Source of the DNA: an uncultured Prevotella sp.
Lineage (GTDB): Bacteria > Bacteroidota > Bacteroidia > Bacteroidales > Bacteroidaceae
Length of the DNA stretch: 64,000 nucleotides
Assembly: GCA_944320355.1 (NCBI GenBank)
Contig: CALUHC010000035.1
Span: forward strand, 127,471-191,470
Reading direction: 5' to 3'
Under the pieces are notes generated by a model. That model ran no database searches and was not told the origin of the DNA. It was given only the letters and a program-made list of their open reading frames with translations. Both the position numbers and the translations under genes were made by a program. Shown here in pieces: positions 18,665 through 28,033 of this stretch (the first letter of the stretch is position 1; every line of letters starts with the position of its first letter).

Positions 18665-19594
18665 ATGCAGCAACCGTCCAAAAACATCATTTGCGTAGTC
18701 GTTACCTACAATCGGCTCGAACTGTTAAAAGAAGCCCTCTCGGCCATTGGAAAACAGACGTATCCTGTGAGGCAAATCATTGTGATTGATAACCACTCCA
18801 CCGACGGAACCAGTGACTTTTTAGCTTCATTTGATGGCGACGGGCGCATAAAATCGGTGAGGATGTCTACAAATACCGGAGGGGCGGGAGGATTTACAGA
18901 AGGCATAAAGCTCGCCGCAGCGGAATCGCCCGACTGGATATGGCTGATGGACGATGACACCATACCTTCACCGACCGCGCTTGAAAACCTCATGGGATAC
19001 ACTGACATATTGGAAGTTGGCTTCGTCTGCAGCCGTGTTGAATGGACCGATGGAAGCCTGCACATGATGAACAAACCGGGAATCGCGCCCGACCAATCAG
19101 CCAAAGACAGACTATTCGGTACATCTGGCGATATGCGCGACGCCGCGACAATAGTCACCAACGCCTCGTTTGTATCGCTGTTGGTGCGCGGAGATATGCC
19201 ACGCAAGCTCGGACTCCCCTATAAGGAATTCTTTATCTGGTGCGACGACTCTGAATACACACGCCGCATCACCGACGGGGGATACATCGGCGTACAGACA
19301 GAAAAAAGCGTCGTATTGCACAAGACGGCACGCAATTACATATCGTCTCTCAAAGTGGTGACGGCAGCCGATGCATGGAAAGTATTCTACGGTGAGCGCA
19401 ACGAGTCATTCATCAGGCGCAAGCGCAAGAGCCGTCTGTCTTTCTTCTTCTCACAGATAAACGCATTCAGAACCCATGCCCACCGCATCAAGAAGCGCCA
19501 CCTGCCCAAGGAAGAAGAACAGGCTCTGCTTACCGCGAGCCGCAGAGGACTCTGGGCCGGGTTCACATTCAATCCAAAGATAGAATATATTTAG
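18665..19594 (+). CDS. Glycosyltransferase family 2 (galactofuranosyl/rhamnosyl transferase-like)
   Basis: VVVTYNR, DNHSTDGT, NTGGAGGF, WLMDDD and FFIWCDDSEY motifs. Confidence 0.9.
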   Translation: MQQPSKNIICVVVTYNRLELLKEALSAIGKQTYPVRQIIVIDNHSTDGTSDFLASFDGDGRIKSVRMSTNTGGAGGFTEGIKLAAAESPDWIWLMDDDTIPSPTALENLMGYTDILEVGFVCSRVEWTDGSLHMMNKPGIAPDQSAKDRLFGTSGDMRDAATIVTNASFVSLLVRGDMPRKLGLPYKEFFIWCDDSEYTRRITDGGYIGVQTEKSVVLHKTARNYISSLKVVTAADAWKVFYGERNESFIRRKRKSRLSFFFSQINAFRTHAHRIKKRHLPKEEEQALLTASRRGLWAGFTFNPKIEYI

Positions 19595-19630
19595 ACGTTT
19601 CAGGACGCGAAACGGTACATATCGCAAAAC
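19595..19630. repeat. Truncated family A element starting right after the GT stop codon
   Basis: ACGTTTCAGGACGCGAAACGGTACATATCGCAAAAC matches 11561-11596 with one mismatch. Confidence 0.8.
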
Positions 19631-19859
19631 CGTCTGCCCCGCACTGCTTTTCCTTGCGACGCAGGCCGCCATGCGAGACCGTCCGAGACAACATTCGCCA
19701 ACACTCATGGCTGCGGGAAACAGGCATGGGGCAACGGTGGTTTGGGACTTCGACACGAAGCAATCTGGAGCCGACGGATAGACAATGCCAAGGCTAACAG
19801 GAGACGGAAAGCGGACGATGGTCCTGGAAACAGAAGGGAATTTGTGCATAAAAAAGACA

Positions 19860-19893
19860 AAACGTCAGGCTACCGGCTGGTAGCCTGACGTTT
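19860..19893. terminator. Bidirectional intrinsic terminator
   Basis: AAACGTCAGGCTACC-GGCT-GGTAGCCTGACGTTT between convergent genes. Confidence 0.8.
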
Positions 19894-19933
19894 GCCAACA
19901 AGCCATGAACTCACTTTTAGTGCACCTTCTACG

Positions 19934-21394
19934 TCAATCGGCGGCCTTTACGGTCACCTTCCGGCTGAAAGGCAGGGCGGGCAATCCCTCGCGATTGATG
20001 AGATTGGGCTGCGCCGCCTCGTCCCACCCGAAGCGTATCACGGTGCGGCGCGCCAGGTTCTTGCTGCTTATATACACCTTGTCACCGCGCAGGTCGGCCT
20101 TCACCTTGGCGTACCGGCCCTTGTTCGTCAGCGCGTAAAACCAGTCGGGAGCCTTGCCGTCGCGCGTGGTCAGGCCGCTGCCCGTGCCGTCATACTCTAT
20201 CACTATGCTGTCGCCCACGGCCGTTATGCGCCTGGGCTCAGGCCCGCTGCTCACGATGCCGGTGCGCCCGTAGGTCTTGTTGAGAGCCAGCCTGGCCAGC
20301 CTCTCGCCCACTATCCACTTATACGGCGGGTGTATGTCGGCCAGATTCTCGGGTATGTCGGTAGTGACCACCATCGCCGTGAGCGGTATCACCTCGCGAC
20401 AACGCGCCTGCGCGTCCCAGAAGCGGGGCAGGTCCTGCCACGTCTTGGCCACCCGGTAATCCCGGCGGGCGGAATACAGCATGGGCGAAATCTGCACATA
20501 GTAGAACGGCAGCGAGCTGTCGGCCCACGCCTCGCGCCACGACTCCACAAGAAGGCGCATCTTCTCGGTGTATATGTCGGTGTCGCCGAGTATTAGGTTT
20601 GTCTCGCCCTGATACCATAGCACGCCGCGCATGGTCATCGGGGCTATGGGCTCTATCATCTTGCGGTAGCGCATCCCCACCCGCTCGCCGTTGGTCTTGA
20701 GGCGGTTTCCGTCCATCTCGGGGCCGAACTCGACGCTCTTGCTGTAGGCCTCGGCGGGTGTCCACGTCTCTATGGCCGTGCCTCCCCACGACGATGACAC
20801 CACGCCCACGGGCACGCCGAGGCTGTCTTGCAGGGCCTTGGCAAAGAAGTAGGCGGCCGCCGAGAACGGCTTGAGCGACTCGCGCCCCACGTGCCGCCAC
20901 CCGTCTGTGGGCAGCGTGTCGCTCTTCAGGTCTTTCCTTACGTACAGCAGGCGTATCATCGGGTTGCCGGCCCGCTCGTACTCGTGGCGCAGACGATCGG
21001 GATCGCCCTTCCGGGGCTTGGCATACTTGGGGTGGTTGGCCATGGAGTACTCCATGTTCGACTGCCCCGAGGCCAGCCACACCTCGCCCACGAGCACGTC
21101 GGCAAGCTCTATCCGGCCGCCGTCGCCGCTCACCCTGAAGGCCACGGGCTTCGCCGAGGCCCGCAGCGAAGCCAACGTTGCGCTCCATCGGCCGTCATCG
21201 CCGGCCACGGCCTTGGCCGTGCTGCGGCCTATCTTCACCTTTATCTCCGCGCCGGGAGAGGCCGTTCCCCATACGTTGAGCGGCTTCTCGCGCTGCAACA
21301 CCATGCTGTCGGTGAACATTTCGGCCAGTCTCAGCTTGGCATCGGCCGCCAAAGCAATGAGCAGGGCGGCCGCAACAAAACACAGTCTCTTCAT
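19934..21394 (-). CDS. Sialate O-acetylesterase-family (SASA) carbohydrate esterase
   Basis: MVLQR, GEVWLASGQSNM, WGGT.IE.W, WYQGETN and DIHP motifs. Confidence 0.9.
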   Translation of the reverse strand: MKRLCFVAAALLIALAADAKLRLAEMFTDSMVLQREKPLNVWGTASPGAEIKVKIGRSTAKAVAGDDGRWSATLASLRASAKPVAFRVSGDGGRIELADVLVGEVWLASGQSNMEYSMANHPKYAKPRKGDPDRLRHEYERAGNPMIRLLYVRKDLKSDTLPTDGWRHVGRESLKPFSAAAYFFAKALQDSLGVPVGVVSSSWGGTAIETWTPAEAYSKSVEFGPEMDGNRLKTNGERVGMRYRKMIEPIAPMTMRGVLWYQGETNLILGDTDIYTEKMRLLVESWREAWADSSLPFYYVQISPMLYSARRDYRVAKTWQDLPRFWDAQARCREVIPLTAMVVTTDIPENLADIHPPYKWIVGERLARLALNKTYGRTGIVSSGPEPRRITAVGDSIVIEYDGTGSGLTTRDGKAPDWFYALTNKGRYAKVKADLRGDKVYISSKNLARRTVIRFGWDEAAQPNLINREGLPALPFSRKVTVKAAD

Positions 21395-22329
21395 ATCTCA
21401 GTTATCGTTATCATCCCTCCGTTGGGGTCAAAGTCCATCACCGCCCGTCCCTCTTTCATCGTAACGCCGAGCTGACGGCCGCCCTGCACGGCCCTGACCG
21501 GGCGCGGCGAGCGCACAACGAGCGTGAGCGGCTGGCTGTACACCGCGCCGTCGAGCGTCAGGCGGGGCGTAACGGTGATGCCGCCTGCACCGGCAGAGAC
21601 ATCGAGGCGCACGTTGTCGCGCTCGCGGACGTAGGCCGTGACCTCGGCCAGCGTGCCCACCCAGAGGCTGTCGCGCAGCGAGCTGACGTAGTCAAGGTGC
21701 GCCCAGAAGCGCGAGGGGTCGCCCAGCGCGTCGTAGCCCGTGGTGATGCCGTGGGTCATGGCTATGCCCCAGTCGCCCCGTTCCAGCAGTCCGTCCACCC
21801 AGCGGCGCATCCACGCCGAGTCGCGCTTGCTGCCCATGCTCACCTGCCTGAGCCTGCTGCCCACGCGGCCGGCCTCGCACCGCGCGACGACAAGACTGTC
21901 CTTGCGGTTGCCGGGATAGAAATACGTCATGGGAAACGTGCCCACGCTGTCCGCTATCGCGCTGTCGTTGCGCTCTATCTCGTGGCGCAGGGCCTCCGGC
22001 GCGAGCGTTGTCACGTTGCGGTGCTCCCACCCGTGGCTGGCTATCTCCTGCCCGTCGGCGGCCATCTCGCGCAACATCGGCCACGTGAGGCACGGCGTTC
22101 CCTTCATGTCGCGCCCCACCTTGCTGCCTATCACGCCGAACGTGGCCTTCAGCCCACGCTTCTTCAGCTCGGGAAAAACGCGCGTATAGTGCTCCAGCAG
22201 GCCGTCGTCGAAGGTGTAGGTCACGGCCGCCCGGCGGTCGCCAAGGTACTTGGCCACATACACTTCCTGCGCCGATGCCACGCCGACCCACGCCGCGAGC
22301 AATATCAAAAAAGCCTTTTTCATTGTCAA
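21391..22329 (-). CDS. Polysaccharide deacetylase (CE4/NodB fold)
   Basis: TFDDG, EIASHGWEH, YPG and THG motifs; signal peptide; -7 box at 22362-22369. Confidence 0.88.
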   Translation of the reverse strand: MTMKKAFLILLAAWVGVASAQEVYVAKYLGDRRAAVTYTFDDGLLEHYTRVFPELKKRGLKATFGVIGSKVGRDMKGTPCLTWPMLREMAADGQEIASHGWEHRNVTTLAPEALRHEIERNDSAIADSVGTFPMTYFYPGNRKDSLVVARCEAGRVGSRLRQVSMGSKRDSAWMRRWVDGLLERGDWGIAMTHGITTGYDALGDPSRFWAHLDYVSSLRDSLWVGTLAEVTAYVRERDNVRLDVSAGAGGITVTPRLTLDGAVYSQPLTLVVRSPRPVRAVQGGRQLGVTMKEGRAVMDFDPNGGMITITEI

Positions 22330-22495
22330 AGTTGTGCTAAGTTATTGGTACAATCGTTGTGCAAAGATAGCAAAAACACCCTTTCTGTCACCTCAACATA
22401 TACAGCAAAGGCGTGCAAACGTTTGCAGGCCGCAGTGTCGTCGCGGCGGCAAACGCTTGCGCGCCTTGCCGTTCAGTGAGGCAGAGTGGCGCGGG

Positions 22496-24556
22496 TCATC
22501 GCTCCTCGCCTATGACAACGCCCCACGGCTCGACCCTGACCGACGCGCCGCGCGACAGCCCCTGCCCGTCGAGCAGCGACCTACTGTCGGCAAAAGGCCA
22601 CGCCACGGTCTGCTCCTTGGCCGAGAAGTTGAACACGTAGTGAACGCCGCGGCCGTCGTCGTTGGTGCCCGAGCGGAGCACAATCGGGAAGCTCAGCTTG
22701 CGCTCCTCGGTGGCAATGCCCTTGCGGTCGGCGGCGCGGGCGATGAGTTTCTGCAGCAGTTCCTGCGAGGGAACGGCGCCGATGTACGTCAGGTGCCCTT
22801 TGCCGAAGCTGTTTTCCGTCACGCACGGCCACTTGCCGAAGAACTCATGGTCGGCGTATGCCAGCGGCTTGGCCGTGGTGGGGCGCAGGAACTCCATCCA
22901 CGTGCTCACCGTGTTGTCCTCCGCTCCGATGCCGTTGGGGCGCAGGTTGAGCCTGCGTATCGACGAGAACTCCTGGTAAGTGAAGCCGCAGGCGGCCGCC
23001 AGCGGACCCGGGGCGAGCACCGGCCGCACCGCGTCGTCCTCGTTGCAGTAGCCGCTCTTGTAGAGCATGACCACCTCTCCGCCCTGCTCCACGAAGTCGC
23101 TGATGCGCCGCAGCGTCTCGTCGGTGGCCACATAGAGCGGCGGAACCACGAGGAGGTCGTAGCCGCTGAAGTCGTTCACCTTGTCGACCGACAGAATGTC
23201 GCACTCTATGTTCTGCCTGTACAGGGCCTCATAAACCATGTAATCCTTGTACTGGTCGCCGTTTGTGTAGGGCATGAAGTCGAGAGCGTGCTTTGAGTCG
23301 TGGCTGAAGAGCATGGCAACGCGGTTGCGCTTCTTCAGGTTGACGAGCTTTTTGCCCACCTTCTCCAGCTCCGCCGCGCCCCGTTTGAACTCCGCATAGA
23401 CGCGGTTTGGCTGCCCGTCGTGTCCGAGCAGGCCGCGCCAGTAGGTCTCCTGGCCGTAGTGCAGGGTGGCCCAGTGCCAGTATTCCACCATGTTTGCGCC
23501 CGAAGCGAGCATGGCGTACATGTTCTGGCGCAGCTGTCCGTCGTAAGGCGGGTACTGATCCCGGCTCGACCAGCCCGTGCCCTGCGCGTTTGTCTCGGTG
23601 ACGAGGAAGTTGCCGCGGCGGCACACGGGCCGCATGAAGTCGCCGGCATAGGCTATCCACATGCCGTCTTGCGCGTCCTGCATGGTGTAGTAGATGTTTA
23701 TTGCCGGATAATCCATCTGGCGGAAGGCCTCAACCTGGTCTATATTATAGAAGTAAGGCATGAAGCAGTGGGTCACAAACTGGTCGGGCCGGCGGTACTC
23801 GTTGACGATATCGGTCTGCCAATTGAGGAAGTCGGCGGTCACTTTCCTGTTCCACCGCTCCCACCAGAGCTTGTACGAGGGGTTGGTCACGCCCGGACGG
23901 TCGTAGAACTCCTCCCAGGTGTTGATGTTCATGCCCCAGTAATTGAGGCCCCAACGGCGGTTAAGCTCGGGCAGACTGTCGCGGAACTCGCCGCGGATAT
24001 ATTCGCGGAAACCCTCGAAGTAGTCGCGGTTGCCTATCTTGCGCGCCTCCACCTCGTTGTCAACCTGATAGCCTATGATGGCGGGATGGTCGGCAAAGTG
24101 CTCCATCATCTTGCGTATTATGCGCTCGCAGTAGCGGCGGTAGGTGGGGTTATATATGTCCATGTTCTGCCGTATGCCGTAGTGCTCCTGCTTGCCGTCC
24201 CACCGTTGCGAGAGCACCTCGGGGTGCTTGGCTGCCATCCACGCCGGAATGGAGTAGGTGGGCGTGCCGAGTATCACCTTGATGCCGGCCTTGTGGAGGC
24301 GGTCCAGTATGCGGTCCATCCACTCGAATCGGAACACCCCGTCTTGCGGTTCGAACAGAGACCACGTGCTCTCGCCCACCCTCACCACGGTGACTCCGGC
24401 CTCGCGCATCAGCCGTATGTCCTCGTCGAGGCGGTCGGTGGGTGTGTACTCGCTGTAATAGGCCGCCCCGTAGAGCGGCTTGTCAAAGTCGTAGGCACTC
24501 GCGCTGCCGCCCATCGCGGCCAGCAGCAGTGCCGTAAGCAATGTCTTTTTCTTCAT
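22496..24556 (-). CDS. Beta-galactosidase, GH42-like
   Basis: GAAYYSE, VRVGESTWS..EP, GTPTYSIPAW, QVDNE, TETNA and ETYWRG motifs; trimerisation domain. Confidence 0.9.
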   Translation of the reverse strand: MKKKTLLTALLLAAMGGSASAYDFDKPLYGAAYYSEYTPTDRLDEDIRLMREAGVTVVRVGESTWSLFEPQDGVFRFEWMDRILDRLHKAGIKVILGTPTYSIPAWMAAKHPEVLSQRWDGKQEHYGIRQNMDIYNPTYRRYCERIIRKMMEHFADHPAIIGYQVDNEVEARKIGNRDYFEGFREYIRGEFRDSLPELNRRWGLNYWGMNINTWEEFYDRPGVTNPSYKLWWERWNRKVTADFLNWQTDIVNEYRRPDQFVTHCFMPYFYNIDQVEAFRQMDYPAINIYYTMQDAQDGMWIAYAGDFMRPVCRRGNFLVTETNAQGTGWSSRDQYPPYDGQLRQNMYAMLASGANMVEYWHWATLHYGQETYWRGLLGHDGQPNRVYAEFKRGAAELEKVGKKLVNLKKRNRVAMLFSHDSKHALDFMPYTNGDQYKDYMVYEALYRQNIECDILSVDKVNDFSGYDLLVVPPLYVATDETLRRISDFVEQGGEVVMLYKSGYCNEDDAVRPVLAPGPLAAACGFTYQEFSSIRRLNLRPNGIGAEDNTVSTWMEFLRPTTAKPLAYADHEFFGKWPCVTENSFGKGHLTYIGAVPSQELLQKLIARAADRKGIATEERKLSFPIVLRSGTNDDGRGVHYVFNFSAKEQTVAWPFADSRSLLDGQGLSRGASVRVEPWGVVIGEER

Positions 24557-24596
24557 TTTAGATTTGGTTATTCGGTTGTTGGGAGTTGTATTTATT

Positions 24597-24820
24597 GGAG
24601 TGAAAGGAGTTAACCGAAGTCGGCCGACCTATCGGTCGGCGGAAGTTAACGGACGACACCCGTGGGAATTAAAAATTAAAGGTTAAAAATTAAAAGAAAG
24701 TGAGCGGTTGGAAAGTCTGAGACATTTGTCCAAACTCCCGTCTCCTGCTTCCTTAACAAGTATCCGCCCACTGCCTCCCGATAACCCCGGGGCGAAGCCC
24801 CAAACTCCCGTTGACTCCAT
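24597..24820. repeat. Composite repeat (B unit, 7-mer core, inverted B unit)
   Basis: Core 24661-24752 is the reverse complement (with mismatches) of 25645-25740. Confidence 0.75.
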
Positions 24821-24841
24821 GCCGCCACACCGTAGGCAGGG

Positions 24842-25522
24842 TCACTTTATCGCCTCGCACACCTGATCGGCAATCTGCTTCATGCCGGCAATGCTGGGGT
24901 GGCCGCTCTTCTTGTCGATGCCCCTGAGCTGTATTACCGGCACGCCGTAGTGGCGGCAAATCTCGTGGACAGACTCCGTTATGCTGTCCTTCAGCCCGTC
25001 GTTGGATATGAAGTAGAGCGCGGCCGTGGGGTAAAGCTCCTGCAGCCGGGCCAGCATGTAGGCCACGGCGGGGCGGAACGAGTAGAGGTCGGCGCGGCGG
25101 ATGTCGTCGTACTTAAACTCGCCGACGGGCGAGCCTGCCCACGAATCGTTGGTGCCACCGAAGACAAGGATGATGTCGGGCGAGCCCAACCGCGTCATTC
25201 GCGTCACGAACGACTCGTGCGTATAGTCCTCGTCGCGGTAGCCGGTGTTGCATATCGTGGAGCCGGAATAGGAGTTGTTGACCTCCAGCTTCCACCCCTT
25301 GCGCTTCATCACCTGGTGCCACCACGTCTGGCTGACGCTCCTCACGTCGGTGAGGCGGGTGTTGGGGCGCGCCAGATACCACACGGCGTTGGTGTCGGGC
25401 GTGAGCCATCCCTCAAAGGTTGAGTACGAGTCGCCGAGTATTGACACCGACGGCTTGGCCTGGCCGAAGGCCGAAACCACGGCCACGGCGGCGAAAATGA
25501 TTATTGTAAAGTATCGTTTCAT
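24842..25522 (-). CDS. SGNH/GDSL-family esterase
   Basis: ILGDSYS, GGTNDSW and GHPS motifs; signal peptide. Confidence 0.9.
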   Translation of the reverse strand: MKRYFTIIIFAAVAVVSAFGQAKPSVSILGDSYSTFEGWLTPDTNAVWYLARPNTRLTDVRSVSQTWWHQVMKRKGWKLEVNNSYSGSTICNTGYRDEDYTHESFVTRMTRLGSPDIILVFGGTNDSWAGSPVGEFKYDDIRRADLYSFRPAVAYMLARLQELYPTAALYFISNDGLKDSITESVHEICRHYGVPVIQLRGIDKKSGHPSIAGMKQIADQVCEAIK

Positions 25523-25566
25523 AACATGAGTTTTTATTTATCAATATACGCGGGTGGCTGATGTAC

Positions 25567-25795
25567 GGAGTTATCCGGAGTTAACGGGAGTTATCACTCG
25601 CTGCGCTCGTCCACGGAGTTAACGGACGAATGCTTTGCAAAGGAGACAGGAGGCAGGAGACGGGAGTACAGACAAATGCATTTGATATTCCAGCAACTCA
25701 CCTTCCTTTAATTTTTAACCTTTAACTTTTAATTTTCCGTCTGCTCCGGGTGGCCGCAAGGGAGTCCGACTTCCGTTACCCCCCATAACTACTTG
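25567..25795. repeat. Composite repeat, inverted relative to 24597-24820
   Basis: B unit, GGAGACA 7-mers + GACAAATGC, TTTAAYT 7-mers, then a degenerate inverted B unit. Confidence 0.75.
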
Positions 25796-25859
25796 GCCAT
25801 TTGCAGATATTCATATCCCACTTGATGAACGCCTCATATTGCTAACTCGACGCGCAAGT

Positions 25860-26020
25860 CTCCCCTCCTTTTGCAAAGGAGGGGCGTGGGTGTTTGTGGA
25901 AAAATGTCACGACCTATGGCCAAACGCATTGTATATCAGCTCATTTGACAAACCACCCCTGCCCCTCCTTTGCAAAAGGAGGGGACAAGTGGAACGCCAT
26001 TCCAAACCATTTTGGCAAAA
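25860..26020. repeat. Family C: two CCCCTCCTTTGCAAAGGAGGGG hairpins flanking an IHF-like site
   Basis: Second copy in opposite orientation at 50130-50430. Confidence 0.8.
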
Positions 26021-26117
26021 CACATATATCCATATTTTACTTATTTAGTTGTCGATACGGGCAGAGAGCAGCGGCAGGCACCGCCCTCTATGCCGCCACG
26101 GGCAGCAGGGCCGGCCT

Positions 26118-26298
26118 TTGTTTTTTGCCACTCGGCGAGCCGTCTGCACCGTCTTCGTAACTCACTGATAATCAGCGGGGTTACAAAACGTGCCGTTTTG
26201 GCCTCCGAAACGGCGCGTTTCAGGCTGCGAAACGGCACGTTTTGCACGGCGAAACGGCACGTTTTGCAAAGCCAAACGACAGGCTTTGATTTTTGATA
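26118..26298. repeat. Family A element, full length (181 bp)
   Basis: TTGTTTTTTGCCA ... TAACTCACTGATAATCAGCGGGGTTA, 5 units at 22-bp period, ... TTGATTTTTGATA. Confidence 0.9.
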
Positions 26299-26434
26299 CG
26301 GTTCGCGACCATGCGCAGGCGTATGCAAACGGGGTGCTGCCGACAGGCAGAACATTAGTCCGTTAACTCCGGGCTGCCGGCAGGCAAGCCCCACTTCCGT
26401 TAACTCCATACCCCTACTTCAACATTCACGGACA

Positions 26435-28018
26435 TCAGTCCTGAATGTTGTCCCGATAGCTGAAGTAGTCGAAGCGCGCCTCGCCACGTGCCTTCTTGCC
26501 CGACGACGTGGCGTAAACGCCCACGCCGAGGCCGTTGAAGCGGTTCAGCTTGCGGTCTTCGGCCAGCGGAAGGAGGCTCACGCGGGCGGCCTCGCGCATA
26601 TCGGCAACCGTAGTGCCATACTCCAGCACGGCCTCCATGCCCGACGCGCGCAGGCGCAACAGCACCTCGTCGCCGCTATATGGCACTGTCTTGGTCACCC
26701 GCCCGCTCTCCACCACGGCCAGTCCGTCGGCCGTGCGGAGCAGTGCCACGTAGGCCGTGTTGTTGCGGTGGAGCACCAGTCCGGCGCGGTCGCCGTCGCG
26801 GCGGGGCTTGAAGCTCATCAGCGTCTCGGCCGTGTAGTAGTGCGAGCGCACGCGGCGCATCAGCATGGCGGGGCATACAAGGCTGTCGATGGTCTCGGGT
26901 TGCGGGGTGAGCAGCAGGCGGCCGTCGGCAAAGGAGTGGAAACGGGTGTGCGGTATGCGGTTGAAGTGCCAGTAGCCGAGCAGCTCCGGGCCGCTGAAAG
27001 CGTCGCTGTCGGGCGGCAGCACGACAGGACTCTCGGGCAGGCTCGGGGCTTCTACCTCCATGGTCATGCCGCCGCGGCCGGGGTTGAAGATGAACTCGCC
27101 GTCCTGGATGGCCACGGGGCAGATGAACGTCTCGCGCGTAAAGGAGTGGCGACCGTCCACCATGCGCTTGCCCAGGGCCACGGCATACCACTCGCCGGCC
27201 TCGGTCTGCACCATGTCGGCGTGGCCAACGCACTGCAACGGGTAGTCGCGGCCGAACTGGCGGTGGCTCAACACGGGGTTGACCTGCTGCGGGATGTACG
27301 GCCCCATGAGGTTACGGCTCGTGAACAACGTCACGGCGTGGTTGAAGTCGGTGCCGCCCTCGGCCACCGTGAGCACGTATTTGCCGTCTATCTTGTACAG
27401 GTGCGCGCCCTCGGCATACTTCGCGTTGAAGGCGTGACCCGTGGCTATGTACTTGCGTTCGCCCGTGAGCCGGCCCGTGGCGAGGTCTATCTCCTGAATC
27501 CAGATGGACGTGGAGGCGGGATACTTGCGCCCGGGAAACTGTCCGCTGTTGGCCAGCAGGTAGCTCCGCCCGTCGTCATCCCAGAATATGTCGGGGTCTA
27601 TTCCCGGCGCGCCTTTTATGAAAACAGGGTCCGACCACGGCCCGCGCACGTCCTTGGCCGTGATGTAGAAGTTGCCGCCGTTGCTCACATTGCAGAACAG
27701 ATACCACGTTCCGTCGTGGTGACGGAGCGTGGGAGCCCACACGCCGTCCTTGTCCTTGACCCCGTCGAGGGTCACCATGCCGGGACGGTCGATGGCGTTC
27801 GCCACCTTCTCCCAGTGCCTGAGGTCGCGGCTGTGGTATATGGGCAGGCCGGGATACCACGTGAACGACGAGGTGCAGACGTAGTAGTCGCTGCCTACGC
27901 GGCATATCGTAGGGTCGGGATTGAAGCCCGGCAGTATCGGGTTCTCTATCTGCGCCGGGGCTGAGAGGGCAGCCACCGACAGCGCGACGGCGGCCAGTAA
28001 TTGTCTAAGTCCGTTCAT
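26435..28018 (-). CDS. Glycoside hydrolase family 43 (xylosidase/arabinosidase)
   Basis: NPILPGFNPDPTICR, GVWAPTLR, GIDPDIFWD, EGAHLYK, AEGGT and GHAD motifs. Confidence 0.93.
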   Translation of the reverse strand: MNGLRQLLAAVALSVAALSAPAQIENPILPGFNPDPTICRVGSDYYVCTSSFTWYPGLPIYHSRDLRHWEKVANAIDRPGMVTLDGVKDKDGVWAPTLRHHDGTWYLFCNVSNGGNFYITAKDVRGPWSDPVFIKGAPGIDPDIFWDDDGRSYLLANSGQFPGRKYPASTSIWIQEIDLATGRLTGERKYIATGHAFNAKYAEGAHLYKIDGKYVLTVAEGGTDFNHAVTLFTSRNLMGPYIPQQVNPVLSHRQFGRDYPLQCVGHADMVQTEAGEWYAVALGKRMVDGRHSFTRETFICPVAIQDGEFIFNPGRGGMTMEVEAPSLPESPVVLPPDSDAFSGPELLGYWHFNRIPHTRFHSFADGRLLLTPQPETIDSLVCPAMLMRRVRSHYYTAETLMSFKPRRDGDRAGLVLHRNNTAYVALLRTADGLAVVESGRVTKTVPYSGDEVLLRLRASGMEAVLEYGTTVADMREAARVSLLPLAEDRKLNRFNGLGVGVYATSSGKKARGEARFDYFSYRDNIQD

Positions 28019-28033
28019 CAGCTATCGCAGTTG

